Positions 43,511-54,210 of a DNA stretch of 64,000 nucleotides are shown piece after piece. The notes below the pieces were generated by a model. It saw only the letters and a program-made list of their open reading frames with translations, ran no database searches and was not told the origin of the DNA. Both the position numbers and the translations under genes were made by a program. The stretch's first letter is position 1; every line of letters begins with the position of its first letter. Location: positions 448,001-512,000 of the forward strand of contig CBDCKN010000013.1 in the NCBI GenBank assembly GCA_965218295.1, in the 5' to 3' direction. The stretch comes from Longimicrobiales bacterium (lineage in GTDB: Bacteria; Gemmatimonadota; Gemmatimonadetes; Longimicrobiales; Gaopeijiaceae).

Positions 43511-45678
43511 CGTCCTTGTCACACGAGAAGACGGTCGCGCCGTACCGCATCGCCGCACTGGCGCTCGCCGGTGCCCTGTGGGCCGCATCGGCCTCTGCCC
43601 AGCAACAGGGGCGGGTCTACGACCGAGCGTCCGGAGTGGCCATCGCCGACGTGCGGGTGGTGTGGTCGGGGGGAGCCGGTTCCGACAGGGCGACTGCCGC
43701 CGTGGAATTCACCGATCCGCGCGGCCTGTTTCGGGCGCCGGCGTCGTGGGGACCCGAAGGCACGCTCGTGGTGTCGGCGCTTGGATACAGGGAGCGCGCG
43801 CTGGCTTGGCGGGACGCCGAGCAGGCCAACTGGCGCATCGGACTCGAACGCGACCCTCTGGCTCTCGATGGAATCGTGGTTACGGCAGGTGGACGGGCGC
43901 GTCGCCGCTCCGAAGTGGCGGTGCCGATCCAGACCGTGGAGGCCAACGCGATCCGGGCGGCGGGTGCGCCGTCCGTGGACCGTTTGCTCGGAGAACTTCC
44001 CGGGGTGCAGGTCACCGCGGGCGTGCCCACGGGTTCAAATCTCCTCATCCGGGGCATAGGCGGGTCGCGGGTGCTCGTGCTGCTGGACGGCAAGCCGGCG
44101 CCGGGTGCGCTGATCGAGAACCGCGACCTGAGCCGGATGTCGCTCGCCGGGGTGGAGCGCGTCGAGGTGGTGAAGGGGCCCCTTTCGTCGCTGTACGGTT
44201 CGGACGCGCTGGGGGGCGTGGTGAACGTCATCACTCGCGCTCCCACAGAGGGATTCCGGATCGACGGGAGGGCGCTATCCGGAGGCGCGGGACGGCGGCA
44301 GGCGGACTTGACGGTGAGCGGCGGAGGACGGCTACGCTACCGCGCCGTCGGGGCCTGGCGACAGGAGGACCAGATGCCGGGCCTGGTCGTCACCAGTGGC
44401 GAGGGATTCGCTCGGGTGTGGGACTTCCGGTCGGATGTGCGCTTCGATGCGGACGACTCCTGGGATCTCGGCGGCGGCCTCAACCTGCTGCGGGAGCGGC
44501 AGCGTTGGCCGGTCGGCGGCGGTTTCTCGGGTTTCGACGACAACACGGGAATCTCGGGCTGGCTGGAGGCACGGAGGCCCGCCGGCCCGGGCGAGTGGAC
44601 GACCACCGCGTTTGTCCAGGACTACGACCATCTCTACCGCAGCGCGCGCGGCGACGCGCCGGTCGTGAGCGAGGAGGACCAGACCCAGTGGGAGCGCGAG
44701 GCGCGTCTGGTCGCCCGGTACTCCGCCACGCTCGGACAACACCAGCTAGACATCGGGATCGAGGGGTTGCGGCGGACGATACGATCACCGAACAAGCTGA
44801 TCGAGGAGCGTGTGGGGCACAGCCAGGCCGCTCTCTTCGCACAGGACGCCTGGCGCTTGGGCCAGATGATCCTGACCGGTGGCGCGCGCCTCAGCTGGAA
44901 CAGCCGCTGGGGTTCGAACCTGTCACCGACCATAGGGCTAACACGTGCCGTCGGCGGGCAGTTGCGAGTGCGAGGCACGGTTGCGCGCGGCTTCCGGGCA
45001 CCGTCGTTCAAGGAGTTGACCTGGCATTTCGTGAATCTGGGCGCGGGATACGTCCTCCAGGGGTCCCCTGACCTCTTGCCGGAACGCTCATGGAACGTCT
45101 CGGGCGGGCTGGAATGGAGCCCGCGTCCGCAGGTGCGGATCGATGTCGAAGCCTATTCCAATCGGGTCGATGATCTGATCGAACCCGGGTTTGTGGGCAA
45201 CACCCCCAGCGGACTCCTGATCTATTCGCCCCGCAACGTGTCGGATTTGACGACGCGGGGCCTGGAAGTGAGCGTGCATGCAGTCTCGAGCAGGGGCGAC
45301 ATCGTGGCCGGATACGCTTACCTGGACGCGCGCTCACCGGACTCGGATACACCGCTCGACCGGCGCCCGAAGCACTCGGCGCGCGTGCGCGGATCCTGGG
45401 CCGTGACGGTGCCGACGACGATGAGGTTCGACGTCACCGCTCACTATACCGGCCAAGCCCCTGTCCTTGGGGCCGCACGGGGCGGACAGATTTCCCAGAC
45501 CGGCATTCAGGAGCGCTTCGCCGCGGTCGACCTGCAGTGGTCGGCCGACGTTTGGCCGAACCTCGAAGTGATCACCGGCGTCGACAACGTCTTCGATGCC
45601 CGCCCCGGCGGATGGCATGGGCTGATCGAGCGCAGGTACCGTGTCAGCGTCGCGGTGAAAGAGTTGTTCGGAAGCTGA
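43507..45678 (+). CDS. TonB-dependent receptor
   Basis: 'LDGIVVTA', 'IRG.GGSRVLVLLDG', 'ERVEVVKGPLSSLYGSDALGGVVNVIT', 'GFRAPSFKEL'. GTG start overlaps the hmuY stop. Confidence 0.93.
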   Translation: MTSLSHEKTVAPYRIAALALAGALWAASASAQQQGRVYDRASGVAIADVRVVWSGGAGSDRATAAVEFTDPRGLFRAPASWGPEGTLVVSALGYRERALAWRDAEQANWRIGLERDPLALDGIVVTAGGRARRRSEVAVPIQTVEANAIRAAGAPSVDRLLGELPGVQVTAGVPTGSNLLIRGIGGSRVLVLLDGKPAPGALIENRDLSRMSLAGVERVEVVKGPLSSLYGSDALGGVVNVITRAPTEGFRIDGRALSGGAGRRQADLTVSGGGRLRYRAVGAWRQEDQMPGLVVTSGEGFARVWDFRSDVRFDADDSWDLGGGLNLLRERQRWPVGGGFSGFDDNTGISGWLEARRPAGPGEWTTTAFVQDYDHLYRSARGDAPVVSEEDQTQWEREARLVARYSATLGQHQLDIGIEGLRRTIRSPNKLIEERVGHSQAALFAQDAWRLGQMILTGGARLSWNSRWGSNLSPTIGLTRAVGGQLRVRGTVARGFRAPSFKELTWHFVNLGAGYVLQGSPDLLPERSWNVSGGLEWSPRPQVRIDVEAYSNRVDDLIEPGFVGNTPSGLLIYSPRNVSDLTTRGLEVSVHAVSSRGDIVAGYAYLDARSPDSDTPLDRRPKHSARVRGSWAVTVPTTMRFDVTAHYTGQAPVLGAARGGQISQTGIQERFAAVDLQWSADVWPNLEVITGVDNVFDARPGGWHGLIERRYRVSVAVKELFGS

Positions 45679-45933
45679 GGTGATGTAAACGCTAGTCCCT
45701 GGAACACCACGCCGGTGGCGGGCGTGAAGCACCGTCTTGGCACATCGCGATGCCGCCGGGAGGGGGCGTCCACTCCATCGGTTACGTCCGCTGCGATCCC
45801 ATTTGATCCGACGAAATCCGGCTCATTTTTGCATTAGGTATAACTCATTGCAACATATCAGTTTACGATCATCTTGGATAGTCCTAGTTGAACTTAGACG
45901 ATTTCTTGCCTTGCATCACGTCATCTGTACTCT

Positions 45934-47007
45934 GCCGAGGCGGCTGGCGATGAGCTCGGGCACGATCACACTCCGACGCCCTCGAGTTCGAGGCCTTGAG
46001 GAGCGGTTCGAGAGCCGCGTGCTGCCGTTGTTCGCGAGGCGGACGAAGGAGCTGGGCGCTCTGCTTCCGGAGCTGTATCTGCACGGACTGGCGGAGGGAG
46101 ACTTCGAGTTGGCGATGCGGGGCCTGCTGGGCGAGGGGGCACCGCTGTCGAAGTCTTCGATTCGGCGGCTGCGGGCGGGATGGACGGCGGAGTTCGAGGA
46201 ATGGAGCCAGCGTCGCCTGGAGGGTCGTGAGGTCGTCTACGTGTGGGCGGACGGGATCTATGTGAAGGCAGGGCTGGAGCGGGACAAAGCGGCGCTGCTG
46301 GTGGTGCTGGGTGCCATGCGAGACGGGACGAAAGAGGTGTTGGCCCTGAGAGCGGGCTACCGAGAGTCGGTCGAGTCCTGGTCCGAGGTGTTGCGGGACC
46401 TGAAGGCACGCGGCATCGAGGCGCCCCGGCTTCTGATGGCGGACGGTAACGCTGCGATCTGGGGCGCAGTACGGCAGGTATGGCCTGAGGCGGGTGAGCA
46501 ACGGTGCTGGAACCACAAGATGAGGAACGTGCTGGACCGACTACCTCAGCGGGAGCAGGGCGAGGCGAAGGATCTTCTCCGGGCCGTGGTCTACGCACCG
46601 AGCCGGGCCGAGGCCCTGAAGGCCCGCGAGGTGTTCGCCCGACGCTATAGGCCGTGGTATCCGAAAGCAGTGGACGTACTCGAGGACGACTGGGAGCGGA
46701 TGGTAGCGTTCTACGACTTCCCCGAGGACCACTGGAAGCATCTACGCACGACGAACGTGGTCGAGAGCCCGTTCGCCGCGGTACGGCTCAGGACGACAGC
46801 AGCGAAGCGGTTCAAGCGGGTCGAGAGCGCTACGGCGCTAATCTGGAAGTTGCTCTTGGTGGCTGAGAAGCGGTTCCGAAGGCTCGACGCTCCTCACCTC
46901 CTCAAGGACGTATTTGAAGGAAGAAAGTTCGAAGACGGAAAGCCCGTCTCACACCAACAGCGGAAGAACGCCGCCTAATACGTTTACACACCTATTGACC
47001 CAACCTC
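45934..47007 (+). mobile_element. IS256-family element, 5'-truncated second copy
   Basis: Matches copy 1 from ~37637 to its right end; left end and start codon absent. Confidence 0.93.
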
Positions 47008-47725
47008 TTATCCGACGCCAGCAGGGTCTTGTCGTAAGTAAAGTCGTCTTCCCCTGGTACGACAAACAACCTTACGGGCATTGGGCGCTCCTCGTCATTG
47101 AGCGCCACGCGACTGCCTGAGTCTGTTTCGTTGCCGGCCTTGTCCGATGCCGTTGCCGAGAACGTGTGGTAACCTACGGCCGGCGTGGTAATTACTGTAG
47201 TGAATCGGGTTGGGTCAGTGTCGTTGTTTGGAGTGACCACAAACTCGCCGGCTTCGGGATTGTCGGCGTCTTCCGCTTCGTCCACATCCTCCGTCCCATC
47301 CGCATCACGGACTTCAATGCTCGCATCGATGGGATCAGACGCGAGCCCCGATCCGCCATCCGTCACATGCAGCACCCAGCCGGTCCCCAGCGTTGTGGCC
47401 TTGTCCTTCGGACCGCCAGCCGTGAACTCCACTGCCGGCGGCGTTATATCCACACCAACCAGGAGTCCCGCGTTTTTGAGCGCGTCTGCTGCACCTTCCT
47501 CAGGCGCATCGGCTGCGGCGGCCTCAAGCAACGCCCTGTAGCCGGTGGCCATTGTTTCGTCTTCCGAAGTATTTGGGTCATCTACCTCCGCACTAGCCCT
47601 CCCGGCCATTATGCAGGTGCCGGCGACGGTGGCGTGGTCTTCTGCATTCGGCGGAGCAGACTGGTTGCCGAGGCGGTCAACGGCGGAGGCTACGACGCAG
47701 TAAGCGTTCCCCTTCGACTCCCCAG
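47008..47725 (-). pseudogene. Internal fragment of a paralog of the 1323-aa surface lipoprotein
   Basis: 'AYCVVASAVDRLGNQSA', 'GVDITPPAVEF' and 'ATASDKAGN' align with 'AYCFIASATDLLGNESA', 'GVDITAPEIEF' and 'ASAVDKAGN'. Cut by IS256. Confidence 0.75.
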
Positions 47726-47864
47726 GGCCCAAGGGCCAGGGCCAGGGCGGTTCCTCCTAAATCGACCTGGCGCACGTACACACCCAGGGGCCGCAAACGC
47801 CACAGCGATGAGGGGGCCAGGAAGGCCGCCAATCACAGATTTCGCATGCCCCATGCTTTGGTCG

Positions 47865-47901
47865 AACAGAAGGAGGGCCCGACCTTGCGGCCGGACCCTC
47901 C
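47865..47901 (-). terminator. Intrinsic terminator of the large lipoprotein gene
   Basis: 13-bp stem (with G-U pairs), GCAA loop, followed by TTCTGTT on the minus strand. Confidence 0.65.
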
Positions 47902-47950
47902 CCTGAACTTCCTCCTTCGAAGTGCTTAAGACTCGATGCTCTGAGCCCTA

Positions 47951-50900
47951 CTAGTCCTCTTGCGGATCGATGGCCAGATCCACCCCATCTGCCACCAAGG
48001 CCAGAGTACCATCGTCGTTCACACCGAAAGCGAAGACGGTACCGTCGATGTCGGTGTCAGCGTCAGGGGTGAAGGCATCTTCAACAAGTGTGAAGAGGTC
48101 ATTCCCCGTAACGTCAAGTTCATACGTCCACGTACGGGTAGTGACGCCGCCGGTGGTGGTGCTCGAAGAAGCCGCGCCTATATCTGAATCGATCAGCCGT
48201 AGATCACCACCCGATGTACCCACCCTGTAGTAGAAGTCCACGCGGGAGAATGGGTTCGCGAATGTTGACGCGGTCTTACTCGCCACAGCCTCCAAAGTGA
48301 TGCTCTCATCGGTGCCCATCTCGCAGTCATCGCCACCGTCCTCAATGCCCTCCGCGCAGATGACAGGTTCGTCGCCTGTACTAGCTACGAACCTGAAATC
48401 ATCCACGGTGAAATCTTCGATGTCAGTCACTGTGGGAGCTGCGGTTGCCAATCCACCCTCGGTGTTATAAGCACCCGTCTGATCACGCGCCTTCAGATTC
48501 ACGCTATTAAGGTTGGTCGCGGTCGAAGCAACCGCACCATCGGCATTAGTCGCGGCCTGCAATCGCAGGACCGTAGTGATCGGCGTGTTGACGACGTAAT
48601 TCGTGTGGGTCAAGTCGTCGGCATTGAACTCGTCGACCACTGTGTGCGCGCTACCCAGTCTCACCATAGGACTGGTGATACCGGCCACCGTGGCGGAGAA
48701 CCCTACAGTCCAGTAGTAGTCCCTGATCGACAGGTCGTCGCTCAGGAAGGCGGAAGCCGCGAACGAATTGGTGTTGATCGTTGCCGGGATAGACGGGCTT
48801 CCCACTGTCGCCCCCATGTTGTCCCGAACGACCGTGCGGCTTATTGGCTCCGAAGAGTTCCCCGCCTTGTCTACTGCGGAGGCCGTCAGTGTGTAGTAGG
48901 CCGCATCTGTTAGATCCGCCAGATTCATCGTACTGGTGCCAGAGATCCAGACGTTATCCACCGTGGCAGTGGTTTCTTCTGGGTCTTCTGCTGGGAGATC
49001 CGCCTCATCGTCATCGGAGCGCGATCGAACTCGTAGATTAGCACTGACCGGCCCATTCGTGCGTGCACCGGAGTTCCCTATGGAGCCGCCATCGGACACC
49101 GACATCGTGAATTCTCCGGCAACTGTCACGGTGGTAATTCTTGCCTTTTCTTCCAGGCCGCCGTCGAACTCAATCTCCGGCGCGGTTATGTCCACGCCAG
49201 CCCTGAGCGCCACTGGCATCGCCACGGTTGCTAGTGCGGCGATTTCCTCTGCCTTTTCTTCGTCGGTTCCGGATCCGGTGTTAATCTCATCGACTGCGGT
49301 CTGGTAATCATCGACTGCGGTCTCGTAAGCTGCGGCGGTCATGCACTCAGCCTCTTCCTCCGGCAGCGCAGACTCGTTACCAAGGAGGTCCGTGGCGGAC
49401 GCGATGAAGCAGTAGGCGTCAGCCATAGACGGACCTGGCAATGCTGAGGAACGACTTGCTTCCAGTGCCGCATCTACGGTTGCGGGCTTAGTTGAAGAGG
49501 ATCTCAACCAAGCGGTGTACCCACCCCCGCCTCCGCCTGCGGCACCGTAAGTAAGCCACCCATCTTCGTTATCATCCGCATTGTACTCATCCGTCAGGTC
49601 AACCCCGTCATTGATCCAGCCCTCCTCGCGGCCGTTGACGTTCGGGTTGAACATCGGTGCGGTTGGGCCTTTATAGTCCAGCTGGACCGAGAAGACTTCG
49701 TCGCCTGCATTTAGAGTCTCTACCTTTGCAGCCCCTATGCTGAAGATATCGATGTCAACTGGTCCTTCGTACCCATCACAGTTCGGAGAAAAGTCGTATG
49801 GAGCCGCGTCAGCAGAGGCAGCCTTACTATCTGGCCCACAGAATCCCGCCCCCAGCGTCACCGACGCGACGGAGCGTCCCGAGTACACGACTGGAAACGC
49901 CGTAAGGTCGAACCCGGCACCTGGGCCACCATACCAATATCCGCCGTCCTCGCCTAACACGGGCAGCCTAGTCAGACCATTCACAGCCACGTGCACGCCG
50001 TCCGTGTTCGCGAATTCGACCTCCATCCGGTTCGAAAAGACTTCCTCCGTGCTGCCCGAGACCGTGAGTCCCGCCACTATGTTGTAGGGGCCGTTCGGGT
50101 AAGCCGGGTCTCCCGTTACCGGATCGTATTCGTCCGTGTCGAACCCTAGGGTGAATTCGAATACCTGCTGCTGCTGCTGCTGCGCCGCCTGAGCCTCCTT
50201 CTCGGCGGGCTCGGCGGGCGCGGGTGCGAGGCCGAAGGGCTGGGTGGCCACGACCTCACCATCCACGTAGAGGCTCAACTGTTCGAACCTCTGCTCGCCT
50301 CGCTCTACAGAGACCTTCACGGTGAGGCGGCCCGTATCATCATCGTCGGACTCGAAGCTAACGTCGCTAATGAGGACAAACGCCTCGTCGGCCTCGGCGT
50401 CCTCGGCCTCGGCCTTGAATGAGGCGTTGGCGATCTCGCCCGCGACCACGGTTACGGGACGTGAGGTGACGGTGAACTCATGGTCGCCGAAGTCCGAAAT
50501 CGTCACCGTGTAGTCGCCGGCCTCTACTTCGGGCAACTCGTAGTCACCTTCCGTGTCGGAGGTACCAGACACGGTCACACCGTCCTCACCCTCACCCGTA
50601 CCGACGGCGGTCACCGTCGCCACGACGCCCTCACCTCCGGCCGTGACGACTTCACCACTGATGCTCCCCGTCGTGACTTCGGGCTCGGGCGGCTCGGCCT
50701 CGGCCTCGGCCTCGAATGAGGCATTGGCGATCTCGCCCGCGACCACGGTTACGGGACGTGAGGTGACGGTGAACTCATGGTCGCCGAAGTCCGAAATCGT
50801 CACCGTGTAGTCGCCGGCCTCTACTTCGGGCAACTCGTAGTCACCTTCCGTGTCGGAGGTACCAGACACGGTCACACCGTCCTCACCCTCACCCGTACCG

Positions 50901-51922
50901 ACGGCGGTCACCGTCGCCACGACGCCCTCACCTCCGGCGGTGAGGACGGTACCGCTGATGCTCCCCGTCGTGACTTCGGGCTCGGGCGGCTCGGCCTCGG
51001 CCTCGGCCTCGAATGAGGCGTTGGCGATCTCGCCCGCGACCACGGTTACGGGACGTGAGGTGACGGTGAACTCATGGTCGCCGAAGTCCGAAATCGTCAC
51101 CGTGTAGTCGCCGGCCTCTACTTCGGGCAACTCGTAGTCACCTTCCGTGTCGGAGGTACCAGACACGGTCACACCGTCCTCACCCGTACCGACGGCGGTC
51201 ACCGTCGCCACGACGCCCTCACCTCCGGCGGTGAGGACGGTACCGCTGATGCTCCCCGTCGTGACTTCGGGCTCGGGCACGGCCTCGGCGGTGAACGCGA
51301 CGGGGGGGGCACTCTGGCCCACACCCACGGTTACGTCACGTGAGGTGACGGTGAACTCATGGTCGCCGAAGTCCGAAATCGTCACGTGGTAGGTGCCGGC
51401 ACGCAGGCCGGGCAGGATGAAGTCACCGTCCGTGCCGGAGGTGCCGATCACCGCCTCCTCACTCATGAGCATGCCCCCACCGGTGGCGGTCACCGTCGCC
51501 ACGACGCCCTCACCTCCGGCGGTGAGGACGGTACCGCTGATGTCCGACGTGCGGATGTAGTTTCCGCTGAAGTCGGCGGTGGCCGTCTGGCCACTCGTGG
51601 TGATGGTCACGACCTTGGCCGTCTCGACGAAGGCCACTTCGGCGGGAGCACCGCTGATCTGTACACCGTGCGTCCCAGCGGGGACGTTGTCGAACGAGTA
51701 GCCACCGCTACTTCCCGTCGTTTCCGACTGCGGACCGGAGCCCACCAGGTTGACGCTCACTCCCGGCAACCCAGAACCCTCGACGGACACCGTGCCACTC
51801 ACGGTTCCGACGATGGGCGCCGGCGCGACCGGCGTCACGGGGGTGCCTCCGTCGTCGTCATCGCAAGCGACCACCAAGGCACCTGTGAGTAACGCGACAG
51901 TTGCGAATCGAAGCAACTTCAT
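47951..51922 (-). CDS. Large acidic surface lipoprotein with carboxypeptidase-regulatory-like/Ig-like repeats
   Basis: Lipobox 'VVAC'; repeated 'GSISGTV...G.Y.LP.V.AG.Y.VTIS' domains; 'D.AGN' Ig motifs. Confidence 0.85.
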   Translation of the reverse strand: MKLLRFATVALLTGALVVACDDDDGGTPVTPVAPAPIVGTVSGTVSVEGSGLPGVSVNLVGSGPQSETTGSSGGYSFDNVPAGTHGVQISGAPAEVAFVETAKVVTITTSGQTATADFSGNYIRTSDISGTVLTAGGEGVVATVTATGGGMLMSEEAVIGTSGTDGDFILPGLRAGTYHVTISDFGDHEFTVTSRDVTVGVGQSAPPVAFTAEAVPEPEVTTGSISGTVLTAGGEGVVATVTAVGTGEDGVTVSGTSDTEGDYELPEVEAGDYTVTISDFGDHEFTVTSRPVTVVAGEIANASFEAEAEAEPPEPEVTTGSISGTVLTAGGEGVVATVTAVGTGEGEDGVTVSGTSDTEGDYELPEVEAGDYTVTISDFGDHEFTVTSRPVTVVAGEIANASFEAEAEAEPPEPEVTTGSISGEVVTAGGEGVVATVTAVGTGEGEDGVTVSGTSDTEGDYELPEVEAGDYTVTISDFGDHEFTVTSRPVTVVAGEIANASFKAEAEDAEADEAFVLISDVSFESDDDDTGRLTVKVSVERGEQRFEQLSLYVDGEVVATQPFGLAPAPAEPAEKEAQAAQQQQQQVFEFTLGFDTDEYDPVTGDPAYPNGPYNIVAGLTVSGSTEEVFSNRMEVEFANTDGVHVAVNGLTRLPVLGEDGGYWYGGPGAGFDLTAFPVVYSGRSVASVTLGAGFCGPDSKAASADAAPYDFSPNCDGYEGPVDIDIFSIGAAKVETLNAGDEVFSVQLDYKGPTAPMFNPNVNGREEGWINDGVDLTDEYNADDNEDGWLTYGAAGGGGGGYTAWLRSSSTKPATVDAALEASRSSALPGPSMADAYCFIASATDLLGNESALPEEEAECMTAAAYETAVDDYQTAVDEINTGSGTDEEKAEEIAALATVAMPVALRAGVDITAPEIEFDGGLEEKARITTVTVAGEFTMSVSDGGSIGNSGARTNGPVSANLRVRSRSDDDEADLPAEDPEETTATVDNVWISGTSTMNLADLTDAAYYTLTASAVDKAGNSSEPISRTVVRDNMGATVGSPSIPATINTNSFAASAFLSDDLSIRDYYWTVGFSATVAGITSPMVRLGSAHTVVDEFNADDLTHTNYVVNTPITTVLRLQAATNADGAVASTATNLNSVNLKARDQTGAYNTEGGLATAAPTVTDIEDFTVDDFRFVASTGDEPVICAEGIEDGGDDCEMGTDESITLEAVASKTASTFANPFSRVDFYYRVGTSGGDLRLIDSDIGAASSSTTTGGVTTRTWTYELDVTGNDLFTLVEDAFTPDADTDIDGTVFAFGVNDDGTLALVADGVDLAIDPQED
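50417..51277 (-). repeat. Three near-identical ~297-bp domain repeats (plus a diverged fourth to ~51540)
   Basis: Unit starts at 50417, 50714 and 51011. Confidence 0.9.
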
Positions 51923-52139
51923 GGCAGCCCCTCCCTGATTTAGATCAAAAATGCGCTCGACTCCACTTCAGAGTGCGCGTAGCGCGAGAATCGACAATGA
52001 CCTACAGAGGCAAGAATGGGGCCAAGCGGTTTGAGCCGGGTTTCCTAAGCCTGCAACCCCTATAACCTCTGGTAACCTCTGGATTTCTGAGGGTCGGCGC
52101 CGGATTTCTGAAGGGAAAGCTCTCGGCGTCCGCCCGGTC

Positions 52140-52637
52140 GTGCGGGACTGGCTCCCCTTCAAGCTCTGGGGCGGAGCCTCCGAGGACGCCGGACTCGAGG
52201 ATCTGGTCGTGATCGAAGTGCAGCTCCCCCCCGGATCGGCGCACGGTCCCGTGATCGACCGCCGCGAGCTCGCCCGGCTGGGGGTGCACTCGGCACCGCG
52301 CTTCCGGGCCTACATCGCGGCGCACTCTGTCTCCTGGCGGCCGGGGCGGACGCGAGTGGTGGTGCCTCGCTCCGGAGGGCGGCGGGCCTGGTCGGCCGAC
52401 GCCACCTCCTACCCGATCCTGACGGCTAAGGACCGGCGGCGGCTGGCGTTCGGCGACGACGACAAGGGGCACCGGACACGAGCTCAACAGGACGCCGCAT
52501 GGGAGGACCTGCCGGGGGTCGAGATCCTCACGCGGCAGGCCGCGACTCCGGACGGCCAGGGCGGCTGGCTGATCGTCCCCGAGGAAGCGGCGGCAGCGAT
52601 CCGCAAGGGCGAGCCACCGAGGGAGGAGACCGAGTGA
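52140..52637 (+). pseudogene. C-terminal part of an unrecognised protein, paralog of 57829-58790 (candidate Rep)
   Basis: Shares 'YP.LTA..RRRLAFG..DK..RTRA.QDAAWEDL.GVEILTR...GWLIVPE' with 58545-58760. Confidence 0.6.
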
Positions 52638-52675
52638 CGATCGCGATGGTCGACGGCGAGGCCACAAACCTGGAG

Positions 52676-52805
52676 GAGGGCGCTAACCATAGAACCAGAG
52701 GGCGCTAACCATAGAACCAGAAGGCGCTAACCATAGAACCAGAGGGCGCTAACCATAGAACCAGAAGGCGCTAACCATAGAACCAGAGGGCGCTAACCAT
52801 AGAAC
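52676..52805 (+). repeat. Six tandem 22-bp iteron-like repeats
   Basis: GA(G/A)GGCGCTAACCATAGAACCA x6 with no spacers; the last copy is 2 nt short. Confidence 0.9.
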
Positions 52806-53164
52806 GGTGTTCTCGTAAGTCGTTACAGGGCACCAAAAGTTACCGACCCGACCCCGACCCCGACTCCGACAGGGGGAGGGAGGGGAGAGGGAGCACCGGT
52901 CGGCGCCGCTCTGAGGAGCGCCACCGCCACTCCCTCTCTCTGTCAACAGCAGTTCTTCTGCCTAGCCCTTCGCAGGCTGCGGAGAAGCTGGATCTGCTGT
53001 CCTAGAGACCTCCAGAGAGCCCGTCAGCGCAGCGATCGTCGCCGCCCGTGTCCTGCAGGGCGCGAATAGCGAACGCCCGGGCTTCCGGTCGACCTCGGGG
53101 ACCTGCACAACCCGAGGAATGACCTGAGTGGACACCGGCACGTGTGCACACCTGCACACCGCAT

Positions 53165-54210
53165 CCTAAGCTTGTCGCGCGTAGCGGGCCTTGCAGAAGC
53201 CCAGGAAGGCTTGCATCCGGACTCTTCAGGGTGGGGCCTCCAGACTGACGCCAGAATTCCTTCCAGTCGCCTTCCCAGGTGTAGACGTCCTCACCCATCG
53301 TGTAGCGTTTCGCGCGCTCGTACGTGTCCAACGAGCGGAAGAGCGGTGGGTCGACCTGGCGGTGGCTCTCTCACCACGCACCTCGGTTGCGAAACACCAC
53401 CTGGTCAGATTCTTCGTCGATCTCGATTGTGTAGTCCGGCAGATGGTTGCTTTCTGCCAACTGCTTGGTGAAAAAGCGAAATTTCTTCAGCGGGCTCCGT
53501 GCGCCCATCTTTTTACGGAGGAGCTCGAGGCCGATGCGCCAGTCGGCCTTTCGGCCGCAATGCTTCCGGGCAATCTCATAGACACGGCGCTCGTACGGCT
53601 TTCCGAGGCGGAAGTAGTCTCGGTTGAGGGTTAGAACCTCGCCTGCGCGAATCGCACGGAACACCCAATCAGATAGGGTGACCTCGACCCACAGCAAGCG
53701 GCCATCCAGACCTTTTTTCCGGCGTACTGAGGAAGCATCAATGAGCCCAAACGTCTCGATTTGCTCCTCATCACCCGTGTGGATGTTCGTGCTGATGGTG
53801 GTTCCTCGTAGCCGCCCGAGAGCGGATATGAACGCCTTATAGTCCTTCCCTCCGGTGTCCCGGTTGCAGAAAATCAGAAAGTCGCGTGTGTTGATCCGTA
53901 CCCGCGGGCTGACGGGCTGGCCATCGTTGAGTTTCGCCATGACCTGTGATATGGCGAAGATCAGGATATCCTTGTCGTAGATCGTTGCTAGGCCCTTCAC
54001 ACTCGGCGTGATCTCCCAACCCCAGTGTTCGCCGTGCTCGTAGCGGCTAACGGACGTTACAGGCTTCTTGGAGAGGGAGTAAAAGGGATGCTCCATCTGC
54101 TGCGTGACGTCCTTCAGGACAGCGTCAGCGACGTCGCAGATGAACAGGTCCGGCTGCGGATGTCTGACCGGTAGGAGGTTCGAGTTCGGGGTTTCAGGAA
54201 CCGCCGTCAA
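53165..54210 (-). pseudogene. repA: Plasmid replication initiator protein A (RPA family), C-terminus frameshifted
   Basis: 'PDLFICDV.DAVLKD...MEHPFYSLSKKP', 'GLATIYDKDILI', 'YEIARKHCG'. Main ORF is 53371-54210; the tail 'DVYTWE..W..SG...PDA/AFLGFCK' lies in shifted frames. Confidence 0.8.

Larger units (their letters stand above)
34857..45894 (+). mobile_element. Putative integrative mobilizable element (~11 kb)
   Basis: 15-bp direct repeat AGTCCTAGTTGAACT at 34857-34871 and 45880-45894. It encloses an integrase, oriT, mob genes and cargo. Confidence 0.8.

Noticed and set aside
45737..46978. Full-length 413-aa IS256 transposase with a novel N-terminus
   Set aside because: The N-terminus is att-region DNA fused by chance to a 5'-truncated IS copy.
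47008..51922. Diversity-generating retroelement acting on the surface protein
   Set aside because: No reverse transcriptase is present, and no TR/VR pair differing only at adenines is visible.
52676..52805. 22-bp repeat array as a CRISPR array
   Set aside because: Repeats are contiguous with no spacers, and no cas genes are present. The plasmid context favours iterons.
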